Positions 39,161 to 52,963 of a DNA stretch of 64,000 nucleotides are shown piece after piece. The position numbers were made by a program, and so were the translations under genes. The notes under the pieces are model-generated. The model saw only the letters and a program-made list of their open reading frames with translations, did no database searches and was not told the origin of the DNA. Within the stretch, counting starts at the first letter, position 1; each line of letters opens with the position of its first letter. This DNA comes from Paraspadella gotoi (taxonomy: Eukaryota; Animalia; Chaetognatha): assembly GCA_051294375.1 (NCBI GenBank), contig CM119271.1, positions 15,382,770 through 15,446,769 of the forward strand, in the 5' to 3' direction.

Positions 39161-41426
39161 CTCACGTTCGGCCATATCGTGACTTGGCCATAATTCAAAG
39201 ACCCCGGTGACCGATTCCGTTTCCACCCCTCCACCCCCTTTTCAGTCGCCACCATCACTCCTATCATTTCTACAAACTTTTTTTTTCAACACCTCCCTAT
39301 TTTTCACATCAAACTGCATATATATATTTACTAATTATACAAACCATTTTGATACATAAATTTCCTCATAATCCAAACTTCCTCTCCCTTTCCCGTCTCC
39401 CTCTCTAGCTGTTCTTTAACCCTTCTATGATTCCTCCCTCTCTCCCTCTCTATCTACTCTTTCCCTCCTTTCCTCTTCCTCCTCCTCCTCCTCTTCCTCA
39501 TCTCAATCCCATTCATAACTGTGAACTTGATTGGAAAAATGTTCTGCGCCAAGAAAAAGGAAACGGTCAAGTCAACTCGCTTCGGTGGGGTGTGGAAGGG
39601 GCGGCCGTTGTGAGGGGAATGGAAGGTGTCTGAGGTTTTAAGGAAAGAAAAAAAAATAGGAAAGGCCAATTTCAATGTGTTGCGCCGCTTTTAATTTATT
39701 CCACGTAGTATTTTTAATATATTTTTTTTATAATCGCATGATTACATAAGTGTAACATATATATAATATATAATAAGAATTATCTGATGGTTATAAAAAG
39801 TAACCAGGTATTATATAAACTATACTGCATTAACTTTTTAAGTTATAAAATAAATGCACGAAAAGAATTAAATGATTCCTCATTTTTCTAACAAGTATAA
39901 ACTAAAAAAAAAAAACAACTAAAATTACTTTAAAATTTAAATAAAACTTAATTAATATACATACCAATATATCAACAGATGGACAGACAGACCTAACGAA
40001 AAGAAATCTCAGCAATCTCGACACAACTAATCTGGCCAATGTGGGGGGAGGGATTTTTTTATGGTGCTCGACGTTCTATATGGGCTTCTCTTATTCAGTG
40101 ATTGTGATTTAGGTTTCGCTGAGTTCATCACAGAAGCAAATGGGATTGTGGGTTGGTCGGGGTTTTTTTTTCGAGGGATAGAAAGGGGTCAGGGGATGGA
40201 TAGTGGTCAAGGATAGGTGTAGTTGCAGGGAGGTCTGGTCAGGGGGACGAAAAAAGATTTGGTCGTTTGTGGTTGCGTCTATTTTGGCTGCGAAATGCGC
40301 AATGCGCATGCGCAAAGGGGAAAGGAATTTCGAGCAAAGGTTATATCTTACGTCGCTAAATATTAAACACTTTTATTTAGTTATAAATTAATCAATTCGC
40401 GATCTACTTATTAACAAAGTAGTACGAATCAGTAAAGATAGAGAATAAAAAATCTTTAAATTTAAACCTTTTTTTCCCCTTTTTTTCCCTTTTTTAATGT
40501 GGGGATTCTGAGCCAAGTTTCGTGAAAAAACCCCAAGCATCGGAATAAGTCACAAGTTAGAAGCGAATTAGATTCACTGTGGAATCTTCACTTCAAGGTA
40601 GTTTGTGAATTTTCAACTAATTTTAAAAATTTTCATTATCTGTGATTTATAAGAATAACCGACTTTGCTTTCATAAGTTTTGTAAATACGTAAATACGTA
40701 AATACGTGACATTGGTAAAACCTGCGTACAAATTAAACAATATACAATTATTATACATGCGCTAAATAAATAAACTATCTTCCCTCAGTGCCTCTTACTA
40801 CATATTTATTAACAATCTAGACTTTCTCACAGTCGAGTGCAACTGTTTCGATTGGATAACCGGTCAATTCTCAGAAGTTCGAGATTGTGGAGTACAATCG
40901 TATTATTATCCAAATACATTGATTTGTACAATTTATATTTATTTACAACCACTTCACGATTTTTTTCAAAGATTATTTTCCCCCCCTTTTCTTCGATTCC
41001 ACTGTGATTTTTCACCGAATCTCACGCCGCAAGAAAAAAAAAGTGAGAAAATCCACGAAATCTTCACTCGACCGATAATCGCGCACAAGAGATAATCTCT
41101 CCTCCCCTTTTTATCTCTCTCTTTCTTCTCCGCCCCCCTTTCCTCCTCCCTATATCTCCACCCATTCTCGAAACCACCTCTGTCCCCCAGCCCCTGTTCT
41201 ACCCAAAGATTTCCAAAGATTTTTTCATTGTTTCCAAAAAAGAAAAGGTTAGACTTTTACTTTTTTTGTCTTTTCAACTCTTTTTAGAATTTTTTTTTAG
41301 ATTTGATTCTAAGGTCACAAACTAATCACCTTTCTGGCTTTACTAACTATTTATCTATAAAATCGGTACAACCAATTATCCATTTATTCAATAAATAAAC
41401 TCGCTTGCCACTGACTTTGGACAGGC

Positions 41427-41497
41427 TAAGGTGGTTTTAGGCCTACATCACTCTATGTATAATATACATAGAGTGATGTAGGCCTAAAACCACCTTA
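41427..41497. repeat. Near-perfect 71-bp palindrome
   Basis: taaggtggttttaggcctacatcactctatgtata-a-tatacatagagtgatgtaggcctaaaaccacctta. Confidence 0.9.
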
Positions 41498-42173
41498 CAT
41501 TGTATATTTAAATTTTTTTGAAAAATTGTTAGTCTAACAGCAATATAAATTTTTAAAAGGCCTTGAATTTTCATTAATCCATCACAAAGTAATACAAATA
41601 TGCGAGAAAAGAAGTATGTCATAATTAACTTTTCTTATAATTAAATTTTCAAATCTAGTGACATTTGACAACATTAACAATGTCAGAGCTTTACCTTCCT
41701 TTCCCTTATTTTCTACCTCTCCACAACAATCACAATCAACGCCGTCAAGTTTTGCCATTCGATGCCACACGATGCAATCCATAATCATAAAAGTGAGATT
41801 ATTCGAGACGGCGTCGCGACTTCCGACGCCCATGGGCGCCGCCTCCGCCGCCTCCGCCGCCTCCGCCGCCCCTAATGAAACGAGGACGACACGGCGCCGT
41901 GCAGGGAGGAGGAAGAGGAGGAGCGGCGTTAAACACGCCTCAGCGGCGGCGCGGCGGGAGGGAGAGAGGAAGGAAGGAGAGGAGGGTGACGGCGTTTCGC
42001 AGCGGGGGGGGAGAAGAAGGGCGGAGGGGGGCCACGCCTCGTCGAACTCCCTCGATGAGACGCACTTGACTTTTGAATGGCCCATCGTCATTCTTCCTCT
42101 TCCTCTTCCTCCTCCCCCGAGGCGGGAAAATCTAAATCCAAATTTTATCGCTTTGAAATTAGCGGGAGAAAAT

Positions 42174-42226
<53 letters not shown>

Positions 42227-42553
42227 AGAGACGTTAAAAATTAAATGTCTCTCCTTTTCATGCGTCAGCTTTGACCCTTTTTTTAGTTTAAAATGTCAAT
42301 CTTTGTAATTAATATTACATCTAATATTTCATTTTTATCTAATACTATATTCAACTAAATCCGATTGTCTATCTATTCATCTGTATAGATTTAGATCAAG
42401 CTATTTTTGTATGAATTGACCAATCCATGTGTCTATCTATTTTTCCATCTATCTTGTCTGTCTCCAAATCTAAGACCTCTGCTTAAATCAGGTGGCGAAA
42501 ATGAGGACCTCTGGCGCGGCGCTGGGACGATGCCCCTAGACGTTCTTCTCTCT

Positions 42554-42609
<56 letters not shown>

Positions 42610-43658
42610 CCTCTCTCTCTCTCTCTCACTTGGTCTCCCGCTGTAAATGACAGAGCGACGAAGAGGTTCACTTGACTCGAAAGCGTGGGCGGCAGCGGCG
42701 TTGGGGCGGCGGCAGCGGCGTTGGGCGGCGGCAGCGGCGTTGGGGCGGCGGCAGCGACGGCAGCGGCGGCCGCTGCGGCGGCAAATGATGCTTCTTTATC
42801 ATGATTTCGACTAATTTCGCAAGTGACATGTCGACATCGGCTGGCTTTTGTTAACTGATTGACATAAATTTGTTATTTGAATCATTAGTTTTTTCTTACA
42901 GTAAAGATTTACAAGAACCAAAAAAAAAAACAACAACAACAACAACAATCTCTGCTCTGATCGCACCACCTCTTTGCCCTAAGCGCTTACCACTTTAAAA
43001 ACAGAAATAATTTAAGGTGTTAACTATATATTATTTAAAAGTTAATACCGTATCTATTATTTCAAGTCCTTTAGAGGCTTGATTCGATCCTTCTAAACTT
43101 AAAAATAGTGATTGATACTGTAGTAGGTATATATATTTATTTTATTTATCTATTTAGAAAATATTTTCATGGCCATCTTCGAAGTCGATGTCATCTTCAT
43201 CCTCCTCTTCCTCCTCCTCCTCCTCCTCTTCCTTCTCCCTCATCATCTCCACAGGAGGAGGGGAACCGCTGAGGCCCAGGGGGATCGTTGCGGGCAAGGG
43301 GGGGGAGAAGGGGAAGAGGAAGAGGAAGAAGAAAGAGAGATGAACGATGTCACGGTCGCGAGCGTCTTGGAATGAGGACGACGGAGACGACGACGACGAC
43401 GACGACGATAACAAAAATTATACCTTCGCTGCTTCACTTTCCATTTTGACAGATTCGACTTTAGGGTCAGAAATTGTCACACGGAGTCAAATTTTTTATC
43501 ATAAGAGGTTTTCTGGTTAAAAAGATTAAATAGGAGAGAAGGAGAGTAGATGTAAAATGTATGTATTTTTGTCCCTCATGGTCCCATTCCCTTTATTTTC
43601 TTATGTCTGGTTTAAAGGGACAAAATTACATACATTTTACATCTACTAAGGAGAGAGA

Positions 43659-43701
<43 letters not shown>

Positions 43702-44909
43702 AAGGAGAAAAAAAGAGGAATTGATCCCCCCAAAAAGATAAAAGACAAAACTATTTACTGTTTACTGTTTCACTCTTCACTTTTCGTCAACGAATTATTA
43801 ACTCATTTTTTTCCCCGAACACCATTTTTGTAATCACTGACCCAAAAATTATAAAAAACAGACATTGATGACAAAAGACGAAAACCCATCCGTTGCACAG
43901 ATAAAAGTCACTTAAGAATTACGTAAAAAATACAGTATTAAAGTTTGACAGATCTGTACTGTAGCTTGATGTAACATAATGTACGTCTTTAACGTAGAGT
44001 ACGTAGATATTGCTTACAATGATGTACGTAAATAGAATAATCACGATAGATAACAGGAATTAGAAATTGTTTAATAATGACCCAACAAAATTACATAATT
44101 CTTAACAAAGAGAGCTAGTAATGCCGTGGCAGATCGCTACTGTTTGACACGGAAGAGAAAAGGACATATGTTTTGACCCACCAAAAGGTTTGAGAACTAA
44201 AATAGTAACCGATCGGGATATTTGGTCACTCCAATCAGTGGAAAAGTCGCCTTATGTCTTTGACGATCTTCATAAAGCCCTTGTCTTTTGCCTTCTTTTT
44301 CTTCTTGTTCTTTGTCGATAGTTTTTTCACCAACGCATCTCTGAAAGAAACGTTTATTATACTTTATTTAAAGTCAGTTCATCAAAGGAAGATGCCGACC
44401 AGTTTTTAAAGGGCTGTTTGATACATATTATCCAACAAAAAAGAAACATCTACTGTAGTAGCAAAGCAGCAAAGCCTCACTGCTGTCCGTCCTCAGCCTC
44501 GTCTCAACGGCTGAGCAGGCTAAATCATCCGGTTACAACCGCGCGTCCCTGGGTATCCCGGTTCTGGCTAAAATGTGACGGAGCCGGTTTAAAAAGGCCA
44601 GTGACAGGAGGCAGTCACTGAGGGTCCGCAGCGCCTACGCCAGTTAGTGAGATATCCCGCACCCCGGTTATCACATGCATTCCTCCCGTTGACATAATGC
44701 ATTCATTTTATTCATAATAACCTCTGGCGATATTTTAAATAATAAATATTTTTATAACATGGCCTTTTCAAAGTCAGGAGCCAAGATAATTTATTGAAAA
44801 ATGTAATTTTATATTGGTCATACCAATATAATACGTAAAAAAAATAGCGAAAAAGCCAATTAAATTAAATCAATTGTCTTGAATGAACGAAAAATTAAAA
44901 TCATCAGAG

Positions 44910-46537
44910 TCACATATCTTTAGAAATATAGACACATATCTGCCTAGAAACTGGCCTTTCTTGCTCCTGCTCTACAGATAACATCTTTTCGATTTCCTCA
45001 GATTTGGGTATTCTCAGAAGCTCTTGAGATTTTTTGTCGATGACGCCCGTGGCAAAAATGGCGCCCGCACCGCTGAAAAATGGAACCAAGATCATTCCAA
45101 TGGTGGGACTTACGAGGTAGTCGATCATTTCTCCTGATAAATTAAAAGATCGTATATAAACAATAAATAAATAATTATCGGACACTACAATGCAGCGCAC
45201 AAAAAGTAGTTACTTGTTAGCTTCAAATACACCGCTATTTCTATTTACTTTTGGTTAGGTTTGGGTGGGTGAACTCAAGGTCATGCGGTCGTTCGCACGG
45301 TCTCTTCCCCCTACTAAATCAGTTGAATAAAGAAAGACTTTTAAGTCAGACCGTCAAAACGGAATCAGGAAAAAGCTGACGTTGAGGACATTTCCTTCTC
45401 TGACAGATGCTACGATAAAGAATTGATATAATAATAATGGAATTAAACATATGAAATGGTAAGCAATAAATTTGCTTTACTTTTCTTTAAAAAATGTTTT
45501 TAATTGCTGCCAAAAATGATATTTTAATAATAAGACCTAAAAACAATTTTTTTTAATTGTGTCTAAATCAAAAAACAATTCTTTGACCAAATATAAATAA
45601 TTTAGTTTTAATATGGGGTACGGGGTAATATTAAAATTTTTTGTCTATTCAAATTTAAAAAAAAAAAATTTTGAGCAGGTGCTTGATTCAAATTTATTAA
45701 CCACCTTACTGAGTTAGGCTACTCCTGTTTCTGATATGGCTCCTTTTTATGCGCCGCTGTAGAGGTACTTTACTATAATACATGATAAACTATAAAAAAA
45801 AACTAACCAATAATAGCGATTGTCGAGCAGGCAACCAAGATGTCAAAAAATTTCTTGGTAAACCTTGCATTGGATGCCCCGCTACAGTAATACTGCCAAT
45901 AAAGTAGTAAAGATTCCCAAAGCATAACGCCTGCGACCGAAGGAACGCTGTAAACATTTCGAATGAGATATTCAAGTCCTGATATGAAAACGGGGATGAA
46001 ATGAAATGTATGTTAAAACAGTATCAACATTCATTTCGGATATGAAGCTTATGCATAAGCAATCTCCTTACAACAATGAGTTTAACCTTAAGAATTAGAC
46101 CCAATGTCGGAAATTTTGCACATATTTTTCATACATTATTAAGTACGATTAACTTTAGAACGGATTTTATTTTATTTCAATTATTATAAATCTCATGAAA
46201 CCTGTCGGGAAGTATTCCGCAACGGCATCAAATTTTTCAGTTCGAACGAATCGCTCCATAAGTCCTCCGATAAATGTACAAATGTATATCGGACCCAATG
46301 AAGTGGAAGTGTATTGAAATTTCTTCAATACATTTGCCTTTTCGCACTCGCTAAAGAAACGGATATAAAAGGGATCATTGTACTTGTAGTAGTATTCGTC
46401 AGCCTGTAGGCCAGTGGAGCTCACCTAAAGTTATCATCTTTTTTTTGATTGTTGAGTTGTTCCGATACTTGTACCGGGGGCGCAAGTATCTGGACGTCCG
46501 GAATTCCAGCAATCATGGAAGACCGATGCGTCGGCAT
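44910..46537 (-). CDS. Uncharacterised multi-exon gene A: helical protein with C-terminal hydrophobic Gly-rich hairpin
   Basis: Exons ~46424-46202 (YYYKYNDPFYIRFFSECEK...AEYFPT), 45978-45808 (GLEYLIRN...LWESL...SNARFTKKFFDILVACSTIAII) and 45133-44910 (GEMIDYLVSPTIGMILVPFFSGAGAIFATGVI...LLRIPKSEEIEK) join in phase 1 at GT-AG sites. Candidate ATG at 46537 needs a ~45-50 nt intron or a 1-nt indel. Possible extra 3' exon near 44340-44240. Confidence 0.65.
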
Positions 46538-47820
46538 GTTTTTTTTTTTTTTAATTAAATTCGAATAGATTGCTCGAAAAATAGTTAATCAAAATAATGT
46601 ACGAGCAGTCTGATGACCTAACCAATAGGCCAGAACAGTTTAAAACTAGATAATGGTCAAGTGACGTAAAGAAAATGAAAATAATTTTTAAATTTTGTCT
46701 TATGCGCATATTTTATTACTATATAAAGTTGAAAACTTTTTTAAAATTTTTCATTTTTTTTTTAAATAGATTCTGATAGAATTTTAAAAGTTAAATAAAG
46801 AAAGTTAAGAAAGAAAGCAATATATATTTGATTAAATAATAAGATTAAATACTAAATCCTTCATAAAATATAAAAATAGAAAATAGTGAAACAAGTAATT
46901 TGCAAATTTTCATAAAGGTTATTATTACAACTTTTTAAATTTTTTTGTTTTATTGATGAAAACTTTAACAAACCATAAAATTCAGCCAATGATGATGATA
47001 ATGAAGGTGATTTTTTAAGTTTTTTCTCTTTTTAACCAATTTATTGTCAAAATCTTAAAAAATTATAGTAATAACTTTTATTTAACTTTTCAAGCTTTAT
47101 AGGAATCCGTTCTTAAAAAATGAAATTTAAAAAGTTTTTTTTCCATTTTTGTTATATATTATTATTAAAAAAATATTTAAAAGCTTCAGTGCAACAACCC
47201 AATGAACTAATCCAACAAGTTGTATTAAAAATCGATTTTGTAATAGAAAAAAAAAGGTAATTTTTTTGAAAGAACTAGGTCGCGAAAAAAACTCGATCGA
47301 TGTCGCGTCGATCGATTGGCGCGAAGAAAATCGAATCCGTGAACGCAATCGCTGGTGATGTCATCACCTCGCCAATGACAGAATGACACGATCACATCGG
47401 AGTTGAACGTCGCTAATCACAATCGAATCGCTTATCTTTCATTATTTTCTTTATTTTTCATTCACGATCGAATCATGTAACCTTCGGCCCGTAGGAATTT
47501 AAGTTTCTTAGACGAGAATCTCGATTTAAAAAAGATTAAACATTTTTCTAATAGATAGTTCCGTTCAAATCTGACTACCCAAATTGCAAACGCGAATGCT
47601 AGAAATTGGGGTAGAAATCAGTTGTAAAAACGCAGGATTCCGATAGCGTTTCATCTGAAGAGCTTGTCCTATTTGTTTTTTCACATTCGATGAAGGATTT
47701 GATANNNNNNNNNNACCCAAAAGGCATAGACAATTTATATACATTTTCTACAGTAGAAACTTAAAACCGCTTTGCGGATTCCACGTTCAAAAGATTTTTA
47801 AAAAATCTTTTAAACCAAAA

Positions 47821-48345
47821 ATGGACCCAAAGCCAAAATCTAAAACTTCTTCCTTAGCGAAGATCCCGACGATTTTTCCTCCAAGCGTCACAAATTCATC
47901 TCGTGAAAAACTAAATTCAAATCTTCGATTTCGTAGCGCACGAGGAACGACACGTGGTGTCCCACCACGTCGCTTGCTTGCTCACAAAAGCACTTACCCT
48001 GTACGCTCCAGGCATCGCACGCGAAGCGCTCGAGTTCAGGCGCCTCGTGGAGGCGGCCGCCGCCGCAAGCTTGGAAAAAAGATTGAGTGGATCCTCCACG
48101 GCTGGCTAAAGACATACGGATACAATACAGTGAAGGACTCCCTCCTACAGAAGGGCCTGAGCGATAAAAATCCAGCGGAGAGTGCAAACGCCCTTTACCA
48201 AGGAGCAATGGTGCAAGAGGCGAACAACACTCGCGAGCTCATGGAAAAGCTAACCAAGAGCATGGCAGCCATCCAGAAGGCCGTCGAAACAAAGAAAGAC
48301 GACAGGGGGTGGCGAAGCTGCGACAACGGGCACCCGGAATGGTAA
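47821..48345 (+). CDS. Hypothetical protein, possibly a death-fold-like helical domain plus coiled coil; frame uncertain
   Basis: 174-aa ORF of non-repetitive, GC-richer sequence. An alternative frame from acceptor tttcgtag|c (47937) reads AHEERHVV...AAASLEK and joins KIEWILHGWLKTYGYNTVKDSLLQKGL if the A-run at 48075-48080 has a 1-nt error. Confidence 0.35.
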   Translation: MDPKPKSKTSSLAKIPTIFPPSVTNSSREKLNSNLRFRSARGTTRGVPPRRLLAHKSTYPVRSRHRTRSARVQAPRGGGRRRKLGKKIEWILHGWLKTYGYNTVKDSLLQKGLSDKNPAESANALYQGAMVQEANNTRELMEKLTKSMAAIQKAVETKKDDRGWRSCDNGHPEW

Positions 48346-48888
48346 AGGAAACCGCTGGCAAGGGAGACAATCCCGAAATGACAAGTTTTCGCAAAAATAA
48401 GTTTGAAGTGAAGTGCAGAGACGCGATTGTAGATGATGATGACGATAGTGTTAATAAAAACCTGAAAAATTACAATCACTTATCATTAACGCACGCGCAG
48501 TCAGACAAAGACCCCCGGGCAGGGGCAATGCGGCTAAGCTTGCACAATACTCATGGTTCGGAACATTTTTGCAAAAAAATCATTTAACACAATAACTAAT
48601 AACAATAATGGATTCGTTTAATGCTGTACCCTTTAAAATTTTTATTTTTTTCGGCTACTGCTATTGTTTTGGCGAAACAATTTTGCTTGACTGACACGGG
48701 GCATTTTTTAATAAGAGCGAGGATCTTCATATTTTTCTTTCGAGCGAAATAAGTTATGTCTTATGAAGGGGCGTAATTGATTTTTTGGCCTGAATAGCTG
48801 ATACTAGATAAGTCATGTCAGTTGCATGTCAGTTNNNNNNNNNNCGACTAAAAATGAAATCCGGATGAATCTTGAATAATTTAGAACA

Positions 48889-50248
48889 TTAATTCGGGAT
48901 TCTACCAAGAGATCCAAAAACGTAGAAACAGAAAGAGGCCAGACAGATGTCAAAGATCTTCTTGGTCATCCTTGCCAGGCTAATTTCTTCGTGGAGATTA
49001 CTCTGAAAAACCTTGTAGGTCTCCCAAGCCGCGAGGGAAACAATCGGAGCAATACCCAAATGATCTTGCGTAGATGGGGTTATTAACACTGGAACAAAAA
49101 TTATTGAATTTATCGTTCTTCCGAGGATTCTGAATTGTAAGGCGGGTCAGAATGCAACATTTTTTACAATATAAAACATACTGCAATAAAATATTTTGTC
49201 CTTTTACTAGAACTGATTTATTTATTTTAGATTTAATTCATTTTTTTTCTCGCTTTGAGGCATTTTAAATGACTATAAGAAAAAAAATTTTTCCTTGTAT
49301 AATCTTTAAAAACGGATTCTATCAGTGATAATGCATTTAACTATTGGATAAATCTAAAAATATTCTTCATTTTTAAGATCTTTAATTGTTTCTTCAACAA
49401 TATCTAAACCGGACGTCTTCTGGTTTTTAACCTGTTCCGCCTTACAGAATAGACTTCCAATGCTTTAAAGTTTGTAGCAAAGCATTACACATTAAATTCC
49501 GTAAGCATTGTTACACCTTTCAGCGCTCGTAGCAAACACTCCTTCAAGTTTGCACAGAGTGGAGTTTTTATAAGACGACTGAAGAGCTCTATGAAAAAAA
49601 GCGCACCAAACTTGGGAGAGATGGACGGCTTGATTTTTTGAAGCTTTGACAATGGGAAAGGCTTTTCAGATTCACTAGGGTGGCAAAAAAAGGAATCGGA
49701 AAATATAAGGTATTGAACGCACGTTATTTCAGGTTATCACGTGACTACACAAGTATAAAACATTTGCACAAGAAACTTTCTCACCTCAAGTACAACTTGG
49801 CAATTTCGACCATGTAGTCGTTGTAACGCTCATCCCATTTCGCTATCACGCAATCTTCCTCGATTCGTTTGTCGAATTTCTCCCGGGCGAGTTCGTCGTC
49901 TTCAAGAAGCTCGCGTCGTAGACGAAGAGGTTTGGCGTCGTCTTCGAGAAGGCGGCGCTCTCTCTCTCGTGCTCTGACTCCGCGATCCGGTGGAGGTTGA
50001 AATGTTGGATTCGTTGTTGATGCCGGAATGGCAGTCCCATTATTATCTGTCGCTTGGACAGAGTTACGAACCATCGCTTCTGCGGATTTTTTCTTCTGTT
50101 TTTTATTCTTTTTTCTTCTGTCTTTAAGAAGCTCGCGTCGTTGGGTGTCGTCTTGAAATGTTGGATTGTCACTGGCGGTTCGATAACTATTTGCTTGGAA
50201 CGATCCTCTGAGCATCACGGATAATTTTTTCTTAAATTTCTCGATCAT
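48889..50248 (-). CDS. Uncharacterised multi-exon gene B, paralog of gene A, with charged repetitive N-terminus
   Basis: Exons 50248-49785 (donor ag|gtgaga), 49674-49517 (SESEKPFPLSKLQK...FFIELFSRLIKT) and 49088-~48906 (AWETY...ISLARMTKKIFDICLA). Aligns by eye with gene A (YND...SExEK...LxKxQ...; WE...SxARxTKKxFDI). The 3' end may be lost near the N-gap at 48835. Confidence 0.6.
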
Positions 50249-50613
50249 CTTTATTCGTCTCTTCCCAGAAACGATGAAGATCGGCTGATACGGAGCATTT
50301 CGGATCTTCAGATCTTCAGATTTTTCTTTCGACCGAAAAAATGTTATAAAGGCGCGGATTAGGAATTTTAGAACCACGTCTCTTTTCGGCCTAAATCTCC
50401 GGCGTGTTAGCTGCCAAAGGTTCTAACCGCGTGGGGAACTCTTCCGGCGTCGCGGGAAGACGGTTGATTGGCGCTGCGATCGCGTTTACCTGTGACGTCG
50501 TCGTCACTTGGCAACGCCTTGAGTTTTTTGGTCTTTTTTAGCCAATGAAATATTAACACGAATTCTTTAAAGGCGATAAGATCACTTATGATCTTATCAT
50601 ATCATCATATCAC

Positions 50614-50661
<48 letters not shown>

Positions 50662-51830
50662 TATTTCTTTTTTTCTTTCTTTATCTTCTTTAAATCTATA
50701 AATCGTAGCAACAGCCTCATAAAATAGGGAGAACAGCACAAACCAAAGTATAAAATACGAAGGGTAAGTCATGAAGAAAAGAAAAGAAAAGAAAAGAAAA
50801 GAAAAGAAAAGAAAAGAGAAAAAGAAATATCCACCAATAGAGACTGAATGAAAGGAGATGAGGTGAGTTCAACAGAAAAAAAAGGTAAGGCGAGTCGAGT
50901 AAAGTGTGCGAGAAGTGAGAGAATCTTGTCTTCTGCTCGTCAAAGATTTTGATCCTTTCCCGTCTCAAGCCTTTTCTTCTTCTTTCTCCTCCTCCTCATC
51001 ATCATCATCCTGATTCAATTGTTCCTTTGTTTATTTTTCTCTCTTTTTTTCCGATTTCCGTTTTCTTTGTTTTCTTTCTTTCACCCCCCACTATTATTGT
51101 TTGGAACTACTTTATTCGTATCTATAAAACAAAAATTATCTATTAATTCGACAAAATAGCTACCTTGATACCTCATGACTTTTGGCAGGCTTGAGTGGGT
51201 TTAGGCTTTTATATAAATAATATTAAATGATACTGATAACATCCCTTCCTCGATCAAACGACGAACAACTCCCTTTATATTTAATTGATTCAAGTTATTT
51301 CGCTATAATTAGATTTACTTATTATATTAAGTAACTCGAATTCTATACTATTTCAAAATTCAACCTATTTTACTACTCAGCTTCATATAATTTATTCCTA
51401 TCTATTTATATTTATATTTTTGGCTATAAAACATAGAACGAAAAAATTCATGTTTTGTTTTGTGCAAAAAAAACGCGTTTTTTCCATAAACAGGCGGAAA
51501 AAAAAGAAAAGGCAAAAAAAAGGCAATGATTATTAGAATGTGGAGTGAGAGACAGGAACAAATGGNNNNNNNNNNNNNNNNNNNNNNNNNTACTACTCGA
51601 GCTTATATATTGAATATATATATTATTTTATATTTATATTTTTGGCTATAAACATAGAACGAAAAAATTCATGTTTTGTTTTGTGCAAAAAAACAAAAAA
51701 ACGCGTTTTTCCAATAAAAGGCGAAAAAAAAGAAAAGGCAAAAAAAAAGGAATGATTATTAGAAGGAGAAAAAAAAAAAATGGTCACTGGGGAAAGGGAT
51801 TTAGGAAAGAGGGGAGAGAGAGAGATGAGA

Positions 51831-51866
<36 letters not shown>

Positions 51867-52276
51867 AAAATAAATCAAACTGTTTAGAAGAAAAGGAAAA
51901 AGAAATGAACATTATGCATAGAAAAGAGAAAAGAAAGATAGAAAGAAATTAGATAGAAAGAAAATCTAAGATAGGAAAGAAGAACATATAAAGATAGAAA
52001 AGAAAGAATAGAAAGAAAGAAAGGAATGAGAAAGAAGAAAGAAAGAAGAGAAAGAAAAGATCGGTCCTTCGGTGCTCTCGTCTACATTTGGCCTCACGAC
52101 TCGATTCTCCTAAGCGAAGTCAAACGGAGGGCGGGGGGGAGAGAGAGGAATTAGGAAAAGAAGGTAGGGGAGGAGATGAAAAGAGAGCGTAAAAAAGAGA
52201 AGAGAAGAGAGGAAAGGGAAAGAAGCGAATGAATCGACGAAAAAAAAACTAGTGCTCGAAAAGAGTTAGCGTTGGC

Positions 52277-52319
<43 letters not shown>

Positions 52320-52963
52320 GAGGAAAGAGAGAGGAAGAAGTCGGTAGGCGCGGAGGTGACGAGGCATTTTAAGATCAGGAAAGAGAGGAGGCAGGAGGAG
52401 GAGGGGAGGAGGCCGTCCTCCAACATCGTGTCATTTTGCTTTCATTTGCATTTGTGAGACCTATAATATTCAACCATGGGATCGATCAGAGGGGGAGAGA
52501 GAGGGAGAGGGAGAGAGAGAGAAGGAGAGAGAGAGAGAGGAGGAAAGAAGGAGGCGAAGACGAGTTTCAGCAAAGCGTCGAACCCCAATGTAGCCGAGGG
52601 ATAAAAACCTCTGGAGAAGGAGGAAGAGAGAGAGAGAGAGAGAGAAGAGAGGAGAGAGATGAGAGAGAGAGAGAATGAGGAAGAGAGAGATGAATGGGGC
52701 GCGAGGGAGAAAGGAGAGAAGGAATAACATAGAATTGAAAAAGAAAGAAAGTTTAAGGAGGAGGGGAGGAGGAGAGAGAGGAGAAGAAAAAGGTAGAAAA
52801 AGTGTATAAGTCATACGGATACATTAAATAGAAAGTATATATTATAGAGTATATAATAAAATATAAAGTCAGGCGAACAAGATAGCTTATCTGAATGGAT
52901 ATTTTTAAGGATAATTTTTATATTGGTTGTACCAATTTCATAATAAGAGTTATATATGTCAGC

